A stretch of DNA of 64,000 bases from Octopus vulgaris (taxonomy: Eukaryota). The DNA is taken from the NCBI GenBank assembly GCA_951406725.2, contig OX597814.1:146072001-146136000 (forward strand), given 5' to 3'. A program made the position numbers and the translations under genes. A model generated the notes under the pieces. That model was not told where the DNA came from. It saw nothing but the letters and a program-made list of their open reading frames with translations, and did not search any database. Below, piece by piece: positions 42,139-56,519 of this stretch; the first letter of the stretch is position 1; each line of letters starts with the position of its first letter.

Positions 42139-42445
42139 TTATGGCTGCCCCCTCGTTATCGAGTATAGCCATTGCACGAAGCTTAACTGTTACTGGTGCT
42201 GTGATCGAATGTGACTTTTTAGCCCAGCTAAAGATCTACAATGTCTTGTACAAAATTGGCAACTAAGACATTTATTGGTAATAGCCGACTGTAGTTGTAA
42301 CTGGGCTTCATGTAACTTTGCATGTCGTTTAAGTCCTCCTGCCGAATTACACTCTCTTCCACATGCCCGACAGATATGATTAGTATGGTGTGTTACACCA
42401 CCACCAGTGGCCAGGTTGTCACTCATCTGTCTCGTTTTATGACTA
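42135..42445 (-). mobile_element. Short 3' fragment of an RTE-type LINE encoding two C2H2-like zinc fingers
   Basis: ORF 42190-42468 has HICRACGRECNSAGGLKRHAKLH and CQFCTRHCRSLAGLKSHIRSQH. Bounded by microsatellites, and homologous in position to the finger at ~310-385. Confidence 0.75.
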
Positions 42446-43702
42446 CATACATACATACATACATTCATACATATATGTATTTATGTATGTGGGCAGATAT
42501 ACGTGTGTATGCATGTGTGTGTACATTTGTATATACGTTCATATGTAGGTAGTGTAAGTTAGTGTTCGTGTTGATATCTGTGTATTTTCTTGCTTATTTA
42601 ATAATCGAAAAAAATTTTTGTCGAACCCTTTATGTGTACCTTATGTAAGCTGAGATATCAGATTCATGTATTTCTTGTCAAGTGGCATAGCTTCACATGC
42701 CTATTCATTATAATAAAACTTCTAAATCTCCAAATCAAAGAAGCCGATGTATGTTCCACTTTGTTTAACATGGAGATCATTGAGTAAGAAAGCTGAGAAA
42801 AACCGCGATATCATAGAGAACAATGGTAATTGCCCTGTCCCAATTATATTCATATCAGAATATATCAGGTTTCTAGTGGTAGACAAAAAGTAATTAAGCA
42901 CTCTGTATGGGAAAATAGAGCCCCATTGCAGGTAATCTCATATGACAATACGTGATATAGCCTGCTTGCTCTAACTATTATGTCATACGTTTTGGATAAC
43001 TGTAAAATGACTACATGTCAATAACGATGGTAATAAATGCGTTCCTTATCAATCTAACTGTCGTTGACATCATGTTATCTTCTTCCCCGACACTGTTGTG
43101 TTTATCATTACCATCACCATCAACAGCATTATCGCTGTCGTCGTCGTCATCGTCGTCATCACCATCGTCATTAACATCAACATCCTCATCCTCATCTTCA
43201 TGTTTTCACAAATCAACATTTAAATTACTCGGAGAATTACAAGGAGTTAAGGATCATTCATTTCGTTCACTTTAATAGAAATAAAAACATGAATTAAATT
43301 AATGCATTTAATCGTGTAATTGAATTTGTGGTACATAATGTCTTTAATTAAAATTGTATTTACACACACACATGCATGCACACACACACACATGCATGCA
43401 CACACACATGCACGTACACACACATGGATGCACACACACTTACACTAACATGCATGTACATACACACAAACTCACACACACACACATGTATATATATATA
43501 CATACACATGTATGTATATATACATACATGTAAATACATATACACAGGCATATATCTGAATATCTATATTTATACATATACCAATATGTATATATATATA
43601 TATATATGTGTGTGTGTATGTGTGTGTGTATGTGTGTGTGTATGTGTGTGTGTGTATGTGTGGTATACATATACACAATACATGTATATATAGACATATA
43701 TA

Positions 43703-43744
<42 letters not shown>

Positions 43745-45432
43745 CATGTTCACATGCCCCGACATGTATATACATACGTCGATTCATGTATGTATATATA
43801 TATATACATATATATACACACATATATATATAGAGAGAGAGATATGTGTGTGTATATGTATATATACATATATATACATGCATGAATCTACGCATGTATA
43901 TACATGTCTGAGCATGTGCACATGTGTGTGTATGTATGCCAGAGTAAATGTTTGGGTGTATGTTAGTGTCCATATATGTGTGTGTGCATATGATTCGTAT
44001 AATCTTGCGCCTTCATGTTATTCATTACAAGACATTGGCACAATAGTGTAATTGGCTGATTGAATAAATTGAATTCCTGCTGAGAAAAATCACATTTGAT
44101 AATCTATTCAATAGGCAATCAACGAATATAATGAATCCTGTTATACTGAATTAAAACGAAATTAGAAAAGCAGCGAAAATAAAACGGAAAACAAAAGATG
44201 AAATATCATATAACAATATTATTATATAACAACGCAATACACGTATGTGTGTATGTGTGTATGCAGCATATTATAGACAACGAAGCGTAAAATTCTTTTA
44301 AAACAGAGGCAGCGATTTGCTAAGTATAATTTATTAGTAGTGCTTGAAAATATGAAGATGCAGGTAATAACAGCATCAGCAGCCACAACAACAGCAACAG
44401 TAAAAACAACAACACTAGCAATAATAACAACAGACTGAGGTTCCTATACTTGTGTATATGTAGATTTTATTTACGAAGAAACAATGAAATTTGTTTTATC
44501 AGATATGTATAGACTACATAAATATCTCCTCTACGTAACACGAGTCCTCTATAAAATTTAATGCTGATATATTCTAAGGATCTAGATATAACTTCTGCCC
44601 AAATAAATGCAATTTAAGAGCACAGAAATTAATCAAACAAAATTTCAAATGAAACTCACTACATCCTCTTTAAGCATCGTCTTAGAAGCAAGTGGATAAT
44701 ACATAGGTTTAGAATTTGAACTTTCATTATATTCACTTCATCATTATTGTTTTAATGCATCGCTGCAAATCTGTTTAAACCTAGTTTAATATCAGTATAT
44801 ATTTGAATAAGTTATATTTTGCAAGTATTTCTCCCTACCAAATTGCATGCGAATACTGTTCTCATTTCGACGATTATATCCTAAAACTTTACTGATTATT
44901 TTTGTGGATTCGGATACTATCAATAATCTTCGCTGACTGATCATAAGAACTGTCACGAGTCGCACTGTCAGGAGTTAATCAATCTCGTCAACTGGTTTCT
45001 TTCGCGTGTTATTGTGTACCGACTATGCGTTTGAAGGTACAATCTCTGCGTGGTATATTTCGTTATCTCATTGTATATCAACATGCTGACTGCTCTAAAC
45101 TTATTACTCGAATCCTTAAACAACGGTGGTTATAGTTTTTTCATTGAAAATAGAATTTCGCACCATGTGCTTTGTGATACAAAATAACTGAGTAAGAGTT
45201 TACTTTTATTAAAATGTCTGTTCCTGTCCTTGTAAACATATGATGCTTAAAATCTATATATCTAATGAATTCACAAAGATTTTGTATCATTGTGCAATGC
45301 ATTTTGTTTACTTGCTGTTCATCACATCATAATTTGGGTGTCAAATGCTCGCTTGAGTCACTACAATTTCTCGAACCAAATTTATATAAGTAAGTGATTA
45401 TGTATGCGTGTATGTATGCACGTATATGTGTG

Positions 45433-45482
<50 letters not shown>

Positions 45483-45594
45483 ATCATGTCAAAGGGAAAT
45501 GGATTTTAATTAAAATTAAAACATTCAATCAAAATTTACATTTCCAGTGGTCTAACGTGCAAAAAAAATTAGTCAAGAAGACTATATATCAGTC

Positions 45595-46061
45595 ATACGA
45601 TATAGTGTATATTTAAACACATAAGGAATTCACTTATAGGGAATTCAGTACGCTAGAAAGAACAGCTAGGTTCTGTAAACCGCATAAATAACGGATAAAT
45701 TTTGACAGGAATAAATTTGGAAATGAAAAACATTTACCATCTAGTACCCTGGACCAATTGGTTTCTGATCCTCTTTTAGCAAGTCAAGGAGAACTTGCAA
45801 GGTCTGATTTTCTTCAGCAAGGTCCAACCTAGGGCTAAACGTATCCAACACGAGACAAACAAGGCTACTTGTCTCGTGTTTATACGAACTAACTTTCCAA
45901 ATTTTACTGCGCAGACGCAGTCCTACGTTGGCTACCATGAAAACCCGCCAACTGTCGAATTTTGTCCGTTATTTTTGTGGTTTACAGAAACTACCTGTTC
46001 TTTCTAGCGTGCTGAATTCCTTATAAGTGGATTCCTTATGTGTTTAAATATACACTATATC

Positions 46062-46065
<4 letters not shown>
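45595..46065. repeat. 114-bp inverted repeats flanking a hammerhead-containing spacer (Penelope-like inverted pLTR)
   Basis: 45595-45708 is reverse-complementary to 45952-46065. Confidence 0.9.
45747..45822 (-). ncRNA. Type-I hammerhead ribozyme with an extended stem II
   Basis: Minus strand CCTTG-CTGAAGA-aaatc...GCAAGT tctccttg ACTTGC...gatca-GAAA-CCAATTGG-TC-CAGGG. Stem I ccuug/caggg, palindromic stem III, GUC triplet. Confidence 0.75.
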
Positions 46066-46094
<29 letters not shown>

Positions 46095-46318
46095 GTTGAC
46101 TTGTTCGCAATTTTACAGTCACAAGGCAGAAATATAGAAATCACTAAAGTGACTGAGGACACAAATGAGCAGTATTGCTAGAAATAAGAGTTAAAAAACT
46201 CATAGCCACAAGAAGAACCTATCTTACTTGAGAAGGGAGGCAAGCTACCTCAGCGCATGGGCTTATCGAGATCAGTAATACCTGGGCTAGTATAAGCATT
46301 GGCGTCACAGTTTATATT

Positions 46319-47463
46319 TTATACGTATGAGATCTCTACATATCCATTATTATTATCATCACTACAGGGGCTTAAATAATTATTGACAATATTATTATTA
46401 ATTCCTCTTGCTAATTTTATTTTTCTTCTGTTAAACCTGGCTTTGATGTTACCTATATTGGGAAGGGTAGAATATGACGTTCTGGTTGTTTTACGGGAAA
46501 ATATTCCATTATATTTACGTAATGCAGGGAAGCTTTGATCTAAAATTGCCACAAATTTATTACATATGCTGGCAGATATAGCGCAGTTGAAGGGAATGTT
46601 ATACCATTTTATGTATATGAGGGCGGAATCTATCTGCTCTTCTTCTGCCTTCCAAAACTCACAAATTGATTATTAGTTATGGATAAACTATTGGTATTTA
46701 TCTTATCATTAGAGGGTGACATAATCCGCTCAGTCCTCTCTACAGTTGTATTAGCTATTGATCTTACTTACCTTAGAATCTTATATTCCTATTGTTACAT
46801 ATCTTATTCTTTGATTTAATAGGGGCGTTGGATGCTTTCGCAGTCGGTTCGTTTTCCCGACCAAATGGGCTTTTATCCTCCTTCTCACTGAAATTCCGAT
46901 TATTATTATTATTAGTAGTTGTTATACTTTCTGGATTAAGAAAAGTAATCTCCTGGTTATATCCTGCCTTAGACAGAGCGAAGTTATAGTGGGGGGGGGG
47001 GGGGGGTAAAACTTCGAAAATGTTTATATCAGCTGATAATTTCATAATTCTTCAAGAAATACCTTTAACTACTGATTTTAATGTATTAGGGGGATGATTA
47101 GAGGATTTGTTCCCATACCTCGTAACTTCGTCAGGTTTTCTGTATGTGTAGTATAGGCTTGAGTTAATATCTAAAATAGTGTATAAGAAGTTAGCCACCT
47201 TTGTACTATGTTCGAAAGTGAGTCCTAAGTTGAAGCTTCTGAAAAGTTTCCTTATTTTTTCCTCATACATTCTATGACATATTTATTATTCCTAGGATTA
47301 ACGAATAAACCATCATCCCTAGGTAGACCGCCCTGCAATTCAGAGATTCACTACTAATGCACTTTAAATGATACGCACCAACTAAATCAATAATTTGAGC
47401 TGAATCGCTCGAGCCCATAACAATATCAGAATTATCAAGGCCATAGCAATATCCATAACCCAT
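46319..47463 (-). mobile_element. Penelope-like element reverse transcriptase fragment (frameshifted)
   Basis: MGSSDSAQIIDLVG, GGLPRDDGLF (hand-read), VANFLYTILD...YRKPD...SNHPP, YNFALSKAGY and WYNIPFN...SYSTLPNI match PLE RT/thumb motifs. Confidence 0.88.
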
Positions 47464-47566
47464 CCTTGAAATCTATGATAGTCTTCATAACTAATAATGT
47501 CTATTTTACCCTAGTTATGAGGGAGAGGTTTTCAGCAAATATCGGGGATTGTTAAGGAGAATAGGA

Positions 47567-47686
47567 GAAAATGAATTACCATAGAGTCAAAAGAAACGTC
47601 TTAACCATACAGATTTGTCATTTCTCATCTCCTGTTATTTCCAGCACGCTACTATGTCATGGAACTATTTGTTTTCGGAATTATGT

Positions 47687-47780
<94 letters not shown>

Positions 47781-47843
47781 CATTATTATTATATATACAC
47801 ACACATATATATATATACTATGTTTGTTATAATATATATATGC

Positions 47844-47893
<50 letters not shown>

Positions 47894-48458
47894 ATATATT
47901 TACATGTATATGTCTTTGTGAGTTTGTATGTGTATGAGAGAGAGAGGGTGTGTGTGTGCGTGTGTGTGTGTGGTGTGTACGTGCGTGTGTGTATGTATTT
48001 ATATACCCGTGAGAATATGTACACACAATCAATAGAGCAATCCTCTTAGAAGGGATCGGTAACTCAGAGGCTTCAGCAAATAACACATCGTGATGCTCTA
48101 ATGGTGGATAGTTTTCTACTTAAAATCATATCTACCATGAAATGCTAATTTGTGTGCCAAATTTGTTCATCAATGTTTCCTCAAGACGAAATACTTCGCT
48201 GAAATTTCATGTCGCAAACCAAGTCGTGTTGAAACCATTTAGCTAATTATTCGACGTACTATACTAAACTTTTGAAAAAGAATAGCAAAATAAGTGAATA
48301 TATAAAAGCTGTCTAACTTGTTGCGCATTACAATGAAAATGAATTAGTATGAACTCAAAACAAATGTCTTAACCATACAGATTTGTCATTTCGCATCTCC
48401 TGTTATTTCCAGCACGCTACTCTGTCATAGAAGTATTCGTTTCTGGAATTATGCTTGT
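47567..48458. repeat. ~120-bp diverged direct duplication
   Basis: 47567-47690 resembles 48336-48458 (gtcttaaccatacagatttgtcattt...ccagcacgctac). Confidence 0.85.
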
Positions 48459-49420
48459 TATAATATAATCTATTTCTAGTGTATATGTTATCTCTCTTGT
48501 TTATTAAAAATGACTTCAGTTCTAATGTATAGAAACATGTAATTAACCATTGGTGAATATTTTAATTAATATGAATTAAATTATAGCAATCCTTACTGAT
48601 TACTGGACCATTGATAATGATTTATAAATCCAATTTGCAGATCAATTTTAATGAATATTTCACAAATATTCAATTAGGTTCGTAGCAAATAAAACAGATG
48701 AAGTAATGTTGTAAGGAACCTATTCCATTGACACTCATTCTCATTATAATAATTGTAGTGATAACGCCGTTTGCGTCATTCGTTGAATACCCATCTGGAC
48801 ACGATGTAGATTGTGTATACACGTGTCCAAAATTACATGTTATTTGTTTATTCTATTTAATCGAGAAACATTTGCTGCTGCTGCTGCTACTACTACTACT
48901 ACTACCACTACTACTACTACTACACATATGTGTATACATATAATATAGTTAGATATACATACACATATACATAGATACATATATACATACAGCATACAGA
49001 TAATTTATATATATATATATATATGTGTATATGTATGCGTATACCTATGTATATATATACATATATAGAGAGAGACGTAGAAAGAAAGAGGCATATATAT
49101 ATGTTTATATATATATACTATGGGAGATGCTTCGGTGTGTATGGTCTGGTCCTAGAGATTTAATTCATGTTCAATACTGGTAGATGTCTCTAGTAATTCG
49201 AATCTATTTGACGATAACAATTCTTAAAATCTCATTATCCAAACGTTGAAGAAAGATGCCGTAGACACGTATTGAACGTTTTTACAGCGTATAAAGAAAT
49301 TTACTGCATTTTTACATACAGTTGTTGTGTTAAAAATTACTGTTATTTGTACAGTCAAGAAAATCTATGCTACATCAGCACCTAAGCTAATGCTGACGTA
49401 AATGAATATGAAAAAGTTTA

Positions 49421-51829
49421 ACTGCATCTCCAATTTTTGAACTATGGGTTCCGCCCTAATTTAGGGCCGCGAAGCGAAATGCTGGTGTCGCGAAAATTAA
49501 GATCAAGAACTTTAGTTTCAGTTTATATGTTATTTCACAAACGCACAATATTTAGCGTGATGCTTCACGCAAGCGCTGCGGTAATACAACGCGCGTGCAG
49601 TGCCGTTGGCACTAGTGCAGTGACAGCGTATATAGTTGTTTGATTGTGTTCATCTTAATAAGTGTATAAATAACAATACATGTTACTGTTTCATTCGTTT
49701 GAGGTCAGTGTTTACATAATTTCATAATAATTATTTTATGAAACGAACGTTATTTGATTTATATTTCAAAATGAAAATATTTTTACTCATGAATAAAAGA
49801 CTGAACTTGAGTAACAAAAGTAATGACACAGACGGCAATGCTACAAAGTCCGTTCAAGCAAGGCCTAGTAATCAGAGAGAGATGCGAAAAATAAAATACG
49901 ATGAGTCATTTCTCCAATTTAGTTTTACTTTTAATAATAGCGATGGTATGGAACCATCGCTTTGTTTAATTTGCATTAACGTTTTGGCCGAGGAGAGTAT
50001 GAAGCCTTCAATATTGAAAATGCATCTTGGATCCAAATAACACTCATACGTCAATAAGCCAAAGATATATTTTGAAAGACTGTTTATATCTTCAAATATA
50101 GAAAAACAAAATTTTGAGAAATTTATGACTATAAACGAAAAATATTTATTGGCGTCATATGAAGTTTCATATCTAATTGCTAAAAATAAAAAAAGCCATA
50201 CACCATTGGGGAAGGAAGAACTTTTATTACCTACTCTTATGAAGATGGTAAAAATACTCTATTTAAGTAAATATGGTAATGAAATTCAGAAAATTCCTTT
50301 GTCGAACGACACTGTCGCCAATAGAATTATTGAAATTAGCAACAATTTGAACAACTTATTACTATTCTTATTTGAACAACTTATTACTATACTTAACGAA
50401 AACCCAAATTTGCTATTTATTTGGACGAAACAACTAATGTTTCAAAAATGGCTCAATTTTTAGTACACGTCAAATACATTTATAAAGAAAACGCCAATGA
50501 AGAATTTTTATTTTGTCATCCTTTGAAAGAATATACAAGAGGGAAAGATATATATAGTAAAGTTGGCGATTTCTTTTTAAACTGTAGGAAAATTGTATTG
50601 GAGTAGGCATAGATGGTGCAAAAGCGATGATGGTCGAAAATATTGTTTTAAATCGTTTGTTAAAGCTGCTGGTAATAATCATGTAACTTTTACACACAGC
50701 ATGTTCCATCGAGATGCCCGTGCAGCAAAAACATTAACACCGGAATTAGACTATGTGCTTCAGGATGTTATCAAAATCATAAAATGTATTAAAAACTGTG
50801 CCCTTAACAACTGTTTATTTTTAAATCTCTGTAAAGACATGGACTCAGAATACAAAAACTTATTATTACACGCACAAGTAAGATGGTTGCCAAGAGGGCG
50901 AAGTTTAAACAGATTATTGTTGTTAAACGACGAAATTATTATATTTTTAACAGAAGAAAAATCTTATCTTGCTACTCTTTTACAAAATGATTTATGGTTT
51001 TCAAATTTGTGCTATTTGTCGGATATTTTTGGGAAACTAAACAATCTCAACTTGTCTCGTCAAGGAAAGAAAAGCGATATATTCACTGCGAATGATAAAA
51101 TTGAGTGCTTTTTTTAAAAAACATCAACATTTGGAAGAATAGGGTAAAAAATGATTCACTCGAAATGTAAAAATTTAATTGCAACAATTATTTTAGACCA
51201 CTTAAATACCCCAGAAACAAATACTTCATATCGAATTTTAACTTCAAAAAGTATTGAATTCAGAACTCATTTTCAATTGACATTGATGATATTAATCATC
51301 TGTCGTAGAGGAATTCGCTGTGCTATCGAGTGACTCAAACTTGAAACTTGAATTTAGAAAAGATTCTTTGACCGAATTCTGGATCAGAGCTAAAGCTGAA
51401 TTTTGCACAATTTCAGAAATGACATTACATGTTCTTTTGTCATTTAGCATCTCATGCTTATGTGAAACGACTTTTTCATCTTTAACTCTTATTAAAAGAA
51501 AATATCGTTCAACACAAAAAACCCCTCAGAAGATGCTTTACGTCCAGCAGTGTCAAATATTACGCCGAGGTTTAATTTGTTATGCAACGAAAAACAAGCA
51601 CATCCGTCACATTGGTTTTTACTTTGGTTTAGTTTTTGTACTTAAAACAAATCCTAAAACTACTTCTATTTTGACAAATAATATAACTACCTTTTTATTT
51701 GCATATTTTTCAGCGAAAAGATAAATTATGATTTATTTGTATGGTTTATTTTATATTTAATACCTGGGAGCGCGAAACATCTTGTGATGAAAAAGGAGGT
51801 AATGAAGGAAAGGAGTTCAAGAAGCGCTG
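49421..51829 (+). mobile_element. hAT transposon, Buster/Charlie (ZBED5/SCAND3-like) type, with a pseudogenised transposase
   Basis: RKIKYDESFLQFSF...CLICINVLAEESMKPS (BED finger), ASYEVSYLIAKNKKSHT, IPLSNDTVANRI, DETTNVSKMAQ, LLLHAQVRWLPRG, LCYLSDIFGKLNNLNLS and LCETTFSSL. Termini degenerate, so ends are approximate. Confidence 0.92.
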
Positions 51830-52569
51830 ACTTATAGGAACTATGCAGAATATGCTTGGAAATAATATAGTAAATGTATAAACTGATCTATAATAGACGA
51901 AATATGATCAGTGACATCTGTGCAGCAGCCACATTATATATTTTCTTAAACACTTTAGGGAAGTTGGATGTAGAATACAAATATGCACCGTGGAATGTCT
52001 ATTTATACACGTATAGAACATAAGAAAAAACAATACGTAGAAATCACTAATAAATTAACGGAAAAATAATGCGTTCTCGAGATAAAACAACATCGAGGCC
52101 AAAAGATTCTTTCTAAATCAAGAACGGAATCCGTAGTTATTTAAATTTGAATTGCTTTTCTGGATAAAAGAAACAGATCATACTGATCGCTTGCATAGGA
52201 AGATGCATTTATCAAATAACGGGTGAGAGTAAAGTAGAAAGTATTTCAAACATGGAGACATTTAATTTGATGCCGAACAGGGCTAAAGGTAATACGACAT
52301 GTGGAAAAGTTAAAATGTAGCATCTATGACAAAAGCGAAAAAAGTAATACTATACAAAACACAAATTAGGTAATTTTTGACAGATGGTGAAAATGTGAAA
52401 CACCTAGTTAAACTGCCCAACAAGTTACTTTGAAAAGACTAAAATGATTAAGACTACTAATAGTATCTTGACAATAAAAACATGAGAGGAAGAAATACTT
52501 ATACAGACGAGGATACTATAAAAGATACAGTTGAAACTCACACAAATAGAATATAATCTGGAATAGCAC

Positions 52570-52770
52570 TAGAAGAATTGGCAACATTGGAATTCGAACC
52601 CTTGAACGTGAAGACGGACGAACACCTCTAAGCAATTTTCTCAGCGTGCTAACGATTTTACCAGCTTCCAGTCTAGGTCGTACAGAATATTGGTTTCCCA
52701 TTTTGGTAGAAGACCAGCAGTTTAGGGGGAAGGGGGAAGTCAATCACATCGACCCAACTGTTCACATGAT
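52570..52770 (-). mobile_element. SINE family A junction fragment, duplicate of 53960-54140
   Basis: Shares the junction cttccagtctagg.cgtacagaa with ~54040. Confidence 0.75.
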
Positions 52771-53834
52771 ATTTGCTGTAATTAATTTACATATATCGAA
52801 TGCGTACAAGCAGAAAATATACTTAACATAAACCAATGCATTTCTGCAAATAGAATACAATATGAAATTACAGAAATTCAGAAATATTACTGAAAAATAA
52901 AAAGTAAAAGTTATTTAACATAAATATCTGAAAGCAAGTACTTGTACTCATCACATTAATGCATAAAAAATAATTATTAATGGCCAAAGCTTAGAATATT
53001 TCAAAAGATATTTTTTAAGGCGTATTTAAGAGCTAAACAACAAAATGAGACATTTGCAAATATATATGTTGTCAAAGATTTTAAAAGGAAAATCTCAGTG
53101 TCCACATTATACAACTATTTGGAGTAAGGGGAATTAGATAAATCAAACTTTATCTCGTATTGATGCACCAGATCCATGAATGGAAACAAATATTGTTCAA
53201 AGAAATTGACTAACTGAGTGTACTAATACAATTTATGTACTCTAAACGGAGACAAACTATAGCAATTTATCTTGAAGAAATTGCATGAAAGGTAGGTAAA
53301 TTCAAAAACATTGAAAACATAAATAAGTGTTGTACTAAAGATTACTAGCCACATCAAAATTAGATAAATTAAAATGTCCAGTACAATCTGTAACCTCTCA
53401 TATGGTTAGGTGTAAATAGAAAATGTAACTCTAATATATAACGAGCACCTTCCATAATCTATGAAAAGCATGCAACAAAACTAATTATAAATATCAGCTA
53501 CATTGTTTGGGTCTATACATTTGCATATAAACATATAAGTAACATCACAGTGTTCTGGGTCAAATATACTAGAATCGGCGCAGAATATGCCTGGAAATAA
53601 TATAGTTAAATTCACACACTTTGATACTGAAACTTTCTCATACAAACAAATAATGATATCACTTGACTAATGATATTCAGGAAAGAAGTATCTCATAATC
53701 CCTGAAACTATTTAAAAATATTATTTGAAATAATCCAGAACCATAATTCTTTATTATAGAGCGAATCACGGAACTAAAGGTAATTTATGGCAAAAAGTAG
53801 ACAGTTTTCTATAGAATTGAAGTTATGAATAATA

Positions 53835-54262
53835 TTGGTTTCAAATTTGGCTCAAAACCAGTCATTTCAATGGAGGGGTAAGTCGTTTACATCGACCTCA
53901 GTGTTCACTCGGTACTTATTTTATAGACAGCAAAGGGATAAAACGCAAAGTCGACATCGATGGAATTCGAAATCAGAACGTGTAGACGGACGAAAACCTC
54001 TAAGCAATTTGCTCGGCGTGCTACCGATTTTGCTAGCTTCCAGTCTAGGACGTACAGAAAATTTGTTTCGCATTTTGGCAGAAGGCCAGCAGTTTAGGGG
54101 GAAGGGGTAAGTCGATCACATCGACTCTACTGTTCGTATGGTATTTATTTTATCGACCCCGAAAGGCTGAAAGCAAAACCAATCTCGCCGGAAATAAAGA
54201 CGAACTAAATGCTACTAAGCATTTTGCCTGGCGAACTAAAGATTCGGCCAGCTCGCCGCTTA
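53835..54262 (-). mobile_element. Two tandem SINE family A copies
   Basis: Ends in gattcggccagctcgccgc, the reverse complement of the family A head. Confidence 0.85.
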
Positions 54263-56228
54263 ATTCGTACATAATATCGTAAACCGTATGTACAGTGACA
54301 AACTGTATGGAACGTACAGTAAAGCAATAGATGAGCAAATAATACAAGTGGTGGAAGATGAAGATGTGATACGCAGTAGAGTAGAATAGGTTACTTCGAT
54401 ATCAGATGGAATAAATATGAAGATGTTGCAAGAATCGACACACTTGTAAAATGTGGGAAATAGAAATAAATGTTCAAACTGATAATATCTTAGAAATATC
54501 TGTGAATGTATATTCATGTGAGATGAGCTCTGGAAAATATATTCCGTAATGAACATATGGACAAATGAGAATTGTGGCAACGACAACGGATCGACTTTGT
54601 GAAAGTTATACTAGACACAAGAGTTGCTGATATGAACGGAAAATATTTTCATGAATGGTCATATTTGAAGGCGTAACTGTCAATCTATAAACTTGGGCAA
54701 AAGAAGAAACTGAACAAGAATAGAAATAAACTACAGAGAATGAAAACCATGCATTGTTTTGCCAGTCTGAATAACATGAATCTGCCGTTTTCATGACAAT
54801 ATATTCATATATTTCTAAAATACAAATTTGATGAATAAGTGAATTATTGATGTGAAGCTATAAAATATCTAAGAAATCTACTATAAGATATTGAGAAAGT
54901 ACAATAATCGAATTGTCTTTAAAAGTCATGAAGATTGTCCTAAATAAAATTGGTTATTTCGCCTGGAGCCCGATTGCAATTGACCAATAAAATCACGGAT
55001 AGAATTGAAAATATTTTCGAGCGGAGAAAATTGCATTGTTGTTGGGGCTTTTGTTGTTCAAACGTGTAAATTTATGGAAAAAATAATTCAAATTTGACTA
55101 TGCCTATTCTCTAAGACGAAGTATGCCCAAAACTACATCAGCTAGCATCTCCTGTATTATGATAGATGTTAAAGTTTTAAGGGTGATTATAGTGTCAAAA
55201 CTAGCAAGCCGAAAGAGTAGAGAATGCACCTTTATTAGCTCGTGAACAAAGTGTAATACTTATTATTAAAGAACCGACTAGAAATGTGCAAACATACTGA
55301 ACTACATTTCCTACACGTTAAACGATTCTTTATAAGATCATTGCTGGTTGTATCAATTGCAATTATTCGGCGCACAATTAGTGGAATGCTCAGGTTTTTC
55401 TTTAACTTTCCAAATCAATACGAAATAAATTTCAACAAGATTAATATTTTTTGATTTTCTTTTCTTTATCCAATAATGTTAGTAATTATTCTCAATCCAA
55501 TAAAGTTAATAATTATTCTGGTGAATTCTGATTCCGTATAAAATCTTGCGTATTTTTCTACGATAAGATTTCGAAGTAAATTATATGGCGTACTAACATT
55601 GCCGGCATAATAAATTCTTCTTGCTAACAGTTGCAATTTTCAAACATAAATAGGGAATAAAATATCGATAGCAAGTGATATTCTTAGCAACATAAAGAAG
55701 AGAAAAATAAAATACAGTACTCATAATAATGTTCCAAAAATAGATTAAGGCTTCTATTCGTCACACCAAAAGTGTGTTCATCATTTTCTAGTTGGTAATC
55801 ATATTAAACAAAGACAAAACAGAATTACATAAGCTCTTCCAGGCGCACCCGATTGGGTCGATTGATACGCACACACACACACACACACACACACACGCGC
55901 ACATTCACACATAAGCACACAAATACACAAGCACTCACATATGTGTAGAAATGTGCGTATGTGTATATATGTCTGTGAATAAAAATGTATATATACATTT
56001 TTATATACAGACATTTATAACAGTTCTCCAAACCGATTCTTTTCTTTGTCTGCATTTTGCATTAAAACCCAAAATGGGGATGAACAGCAATTTTCCTTTG
56101 TGATCGACTGGAAGAATTGTTGAAGTATTTCCTGGATATGAAAACAATGATAGGCATAATGCAAAGGCAAAGAATCCCCCATCCACCAATGCAGTGTTGA
56201 GCACACATTCTCAGTTTTCGATATGTAC

Positions 56229-56275
<47 letters not shown>

Positions 56276-56401
56276 CATACATATATATATACACACATAT
56301 ATATATGTATATATATGTATGTATATATATATATATATATATATACATATATATATACATACATACATATATATATATATATACACACATATATATATAT
56401 G

Positions 56402-56463
<62 letters not shown>

Positions 56464-56519
56464 TGTAAATAGATATCAAGACACTGAAGGAAAAAAAACG
56501 AAATCTCACATGTCATCTA

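Noticed and set aside
54270-54780. Possible RTE 3' remnant
   Set aside because: Too degraded to support beyond a vague motif resemblance.
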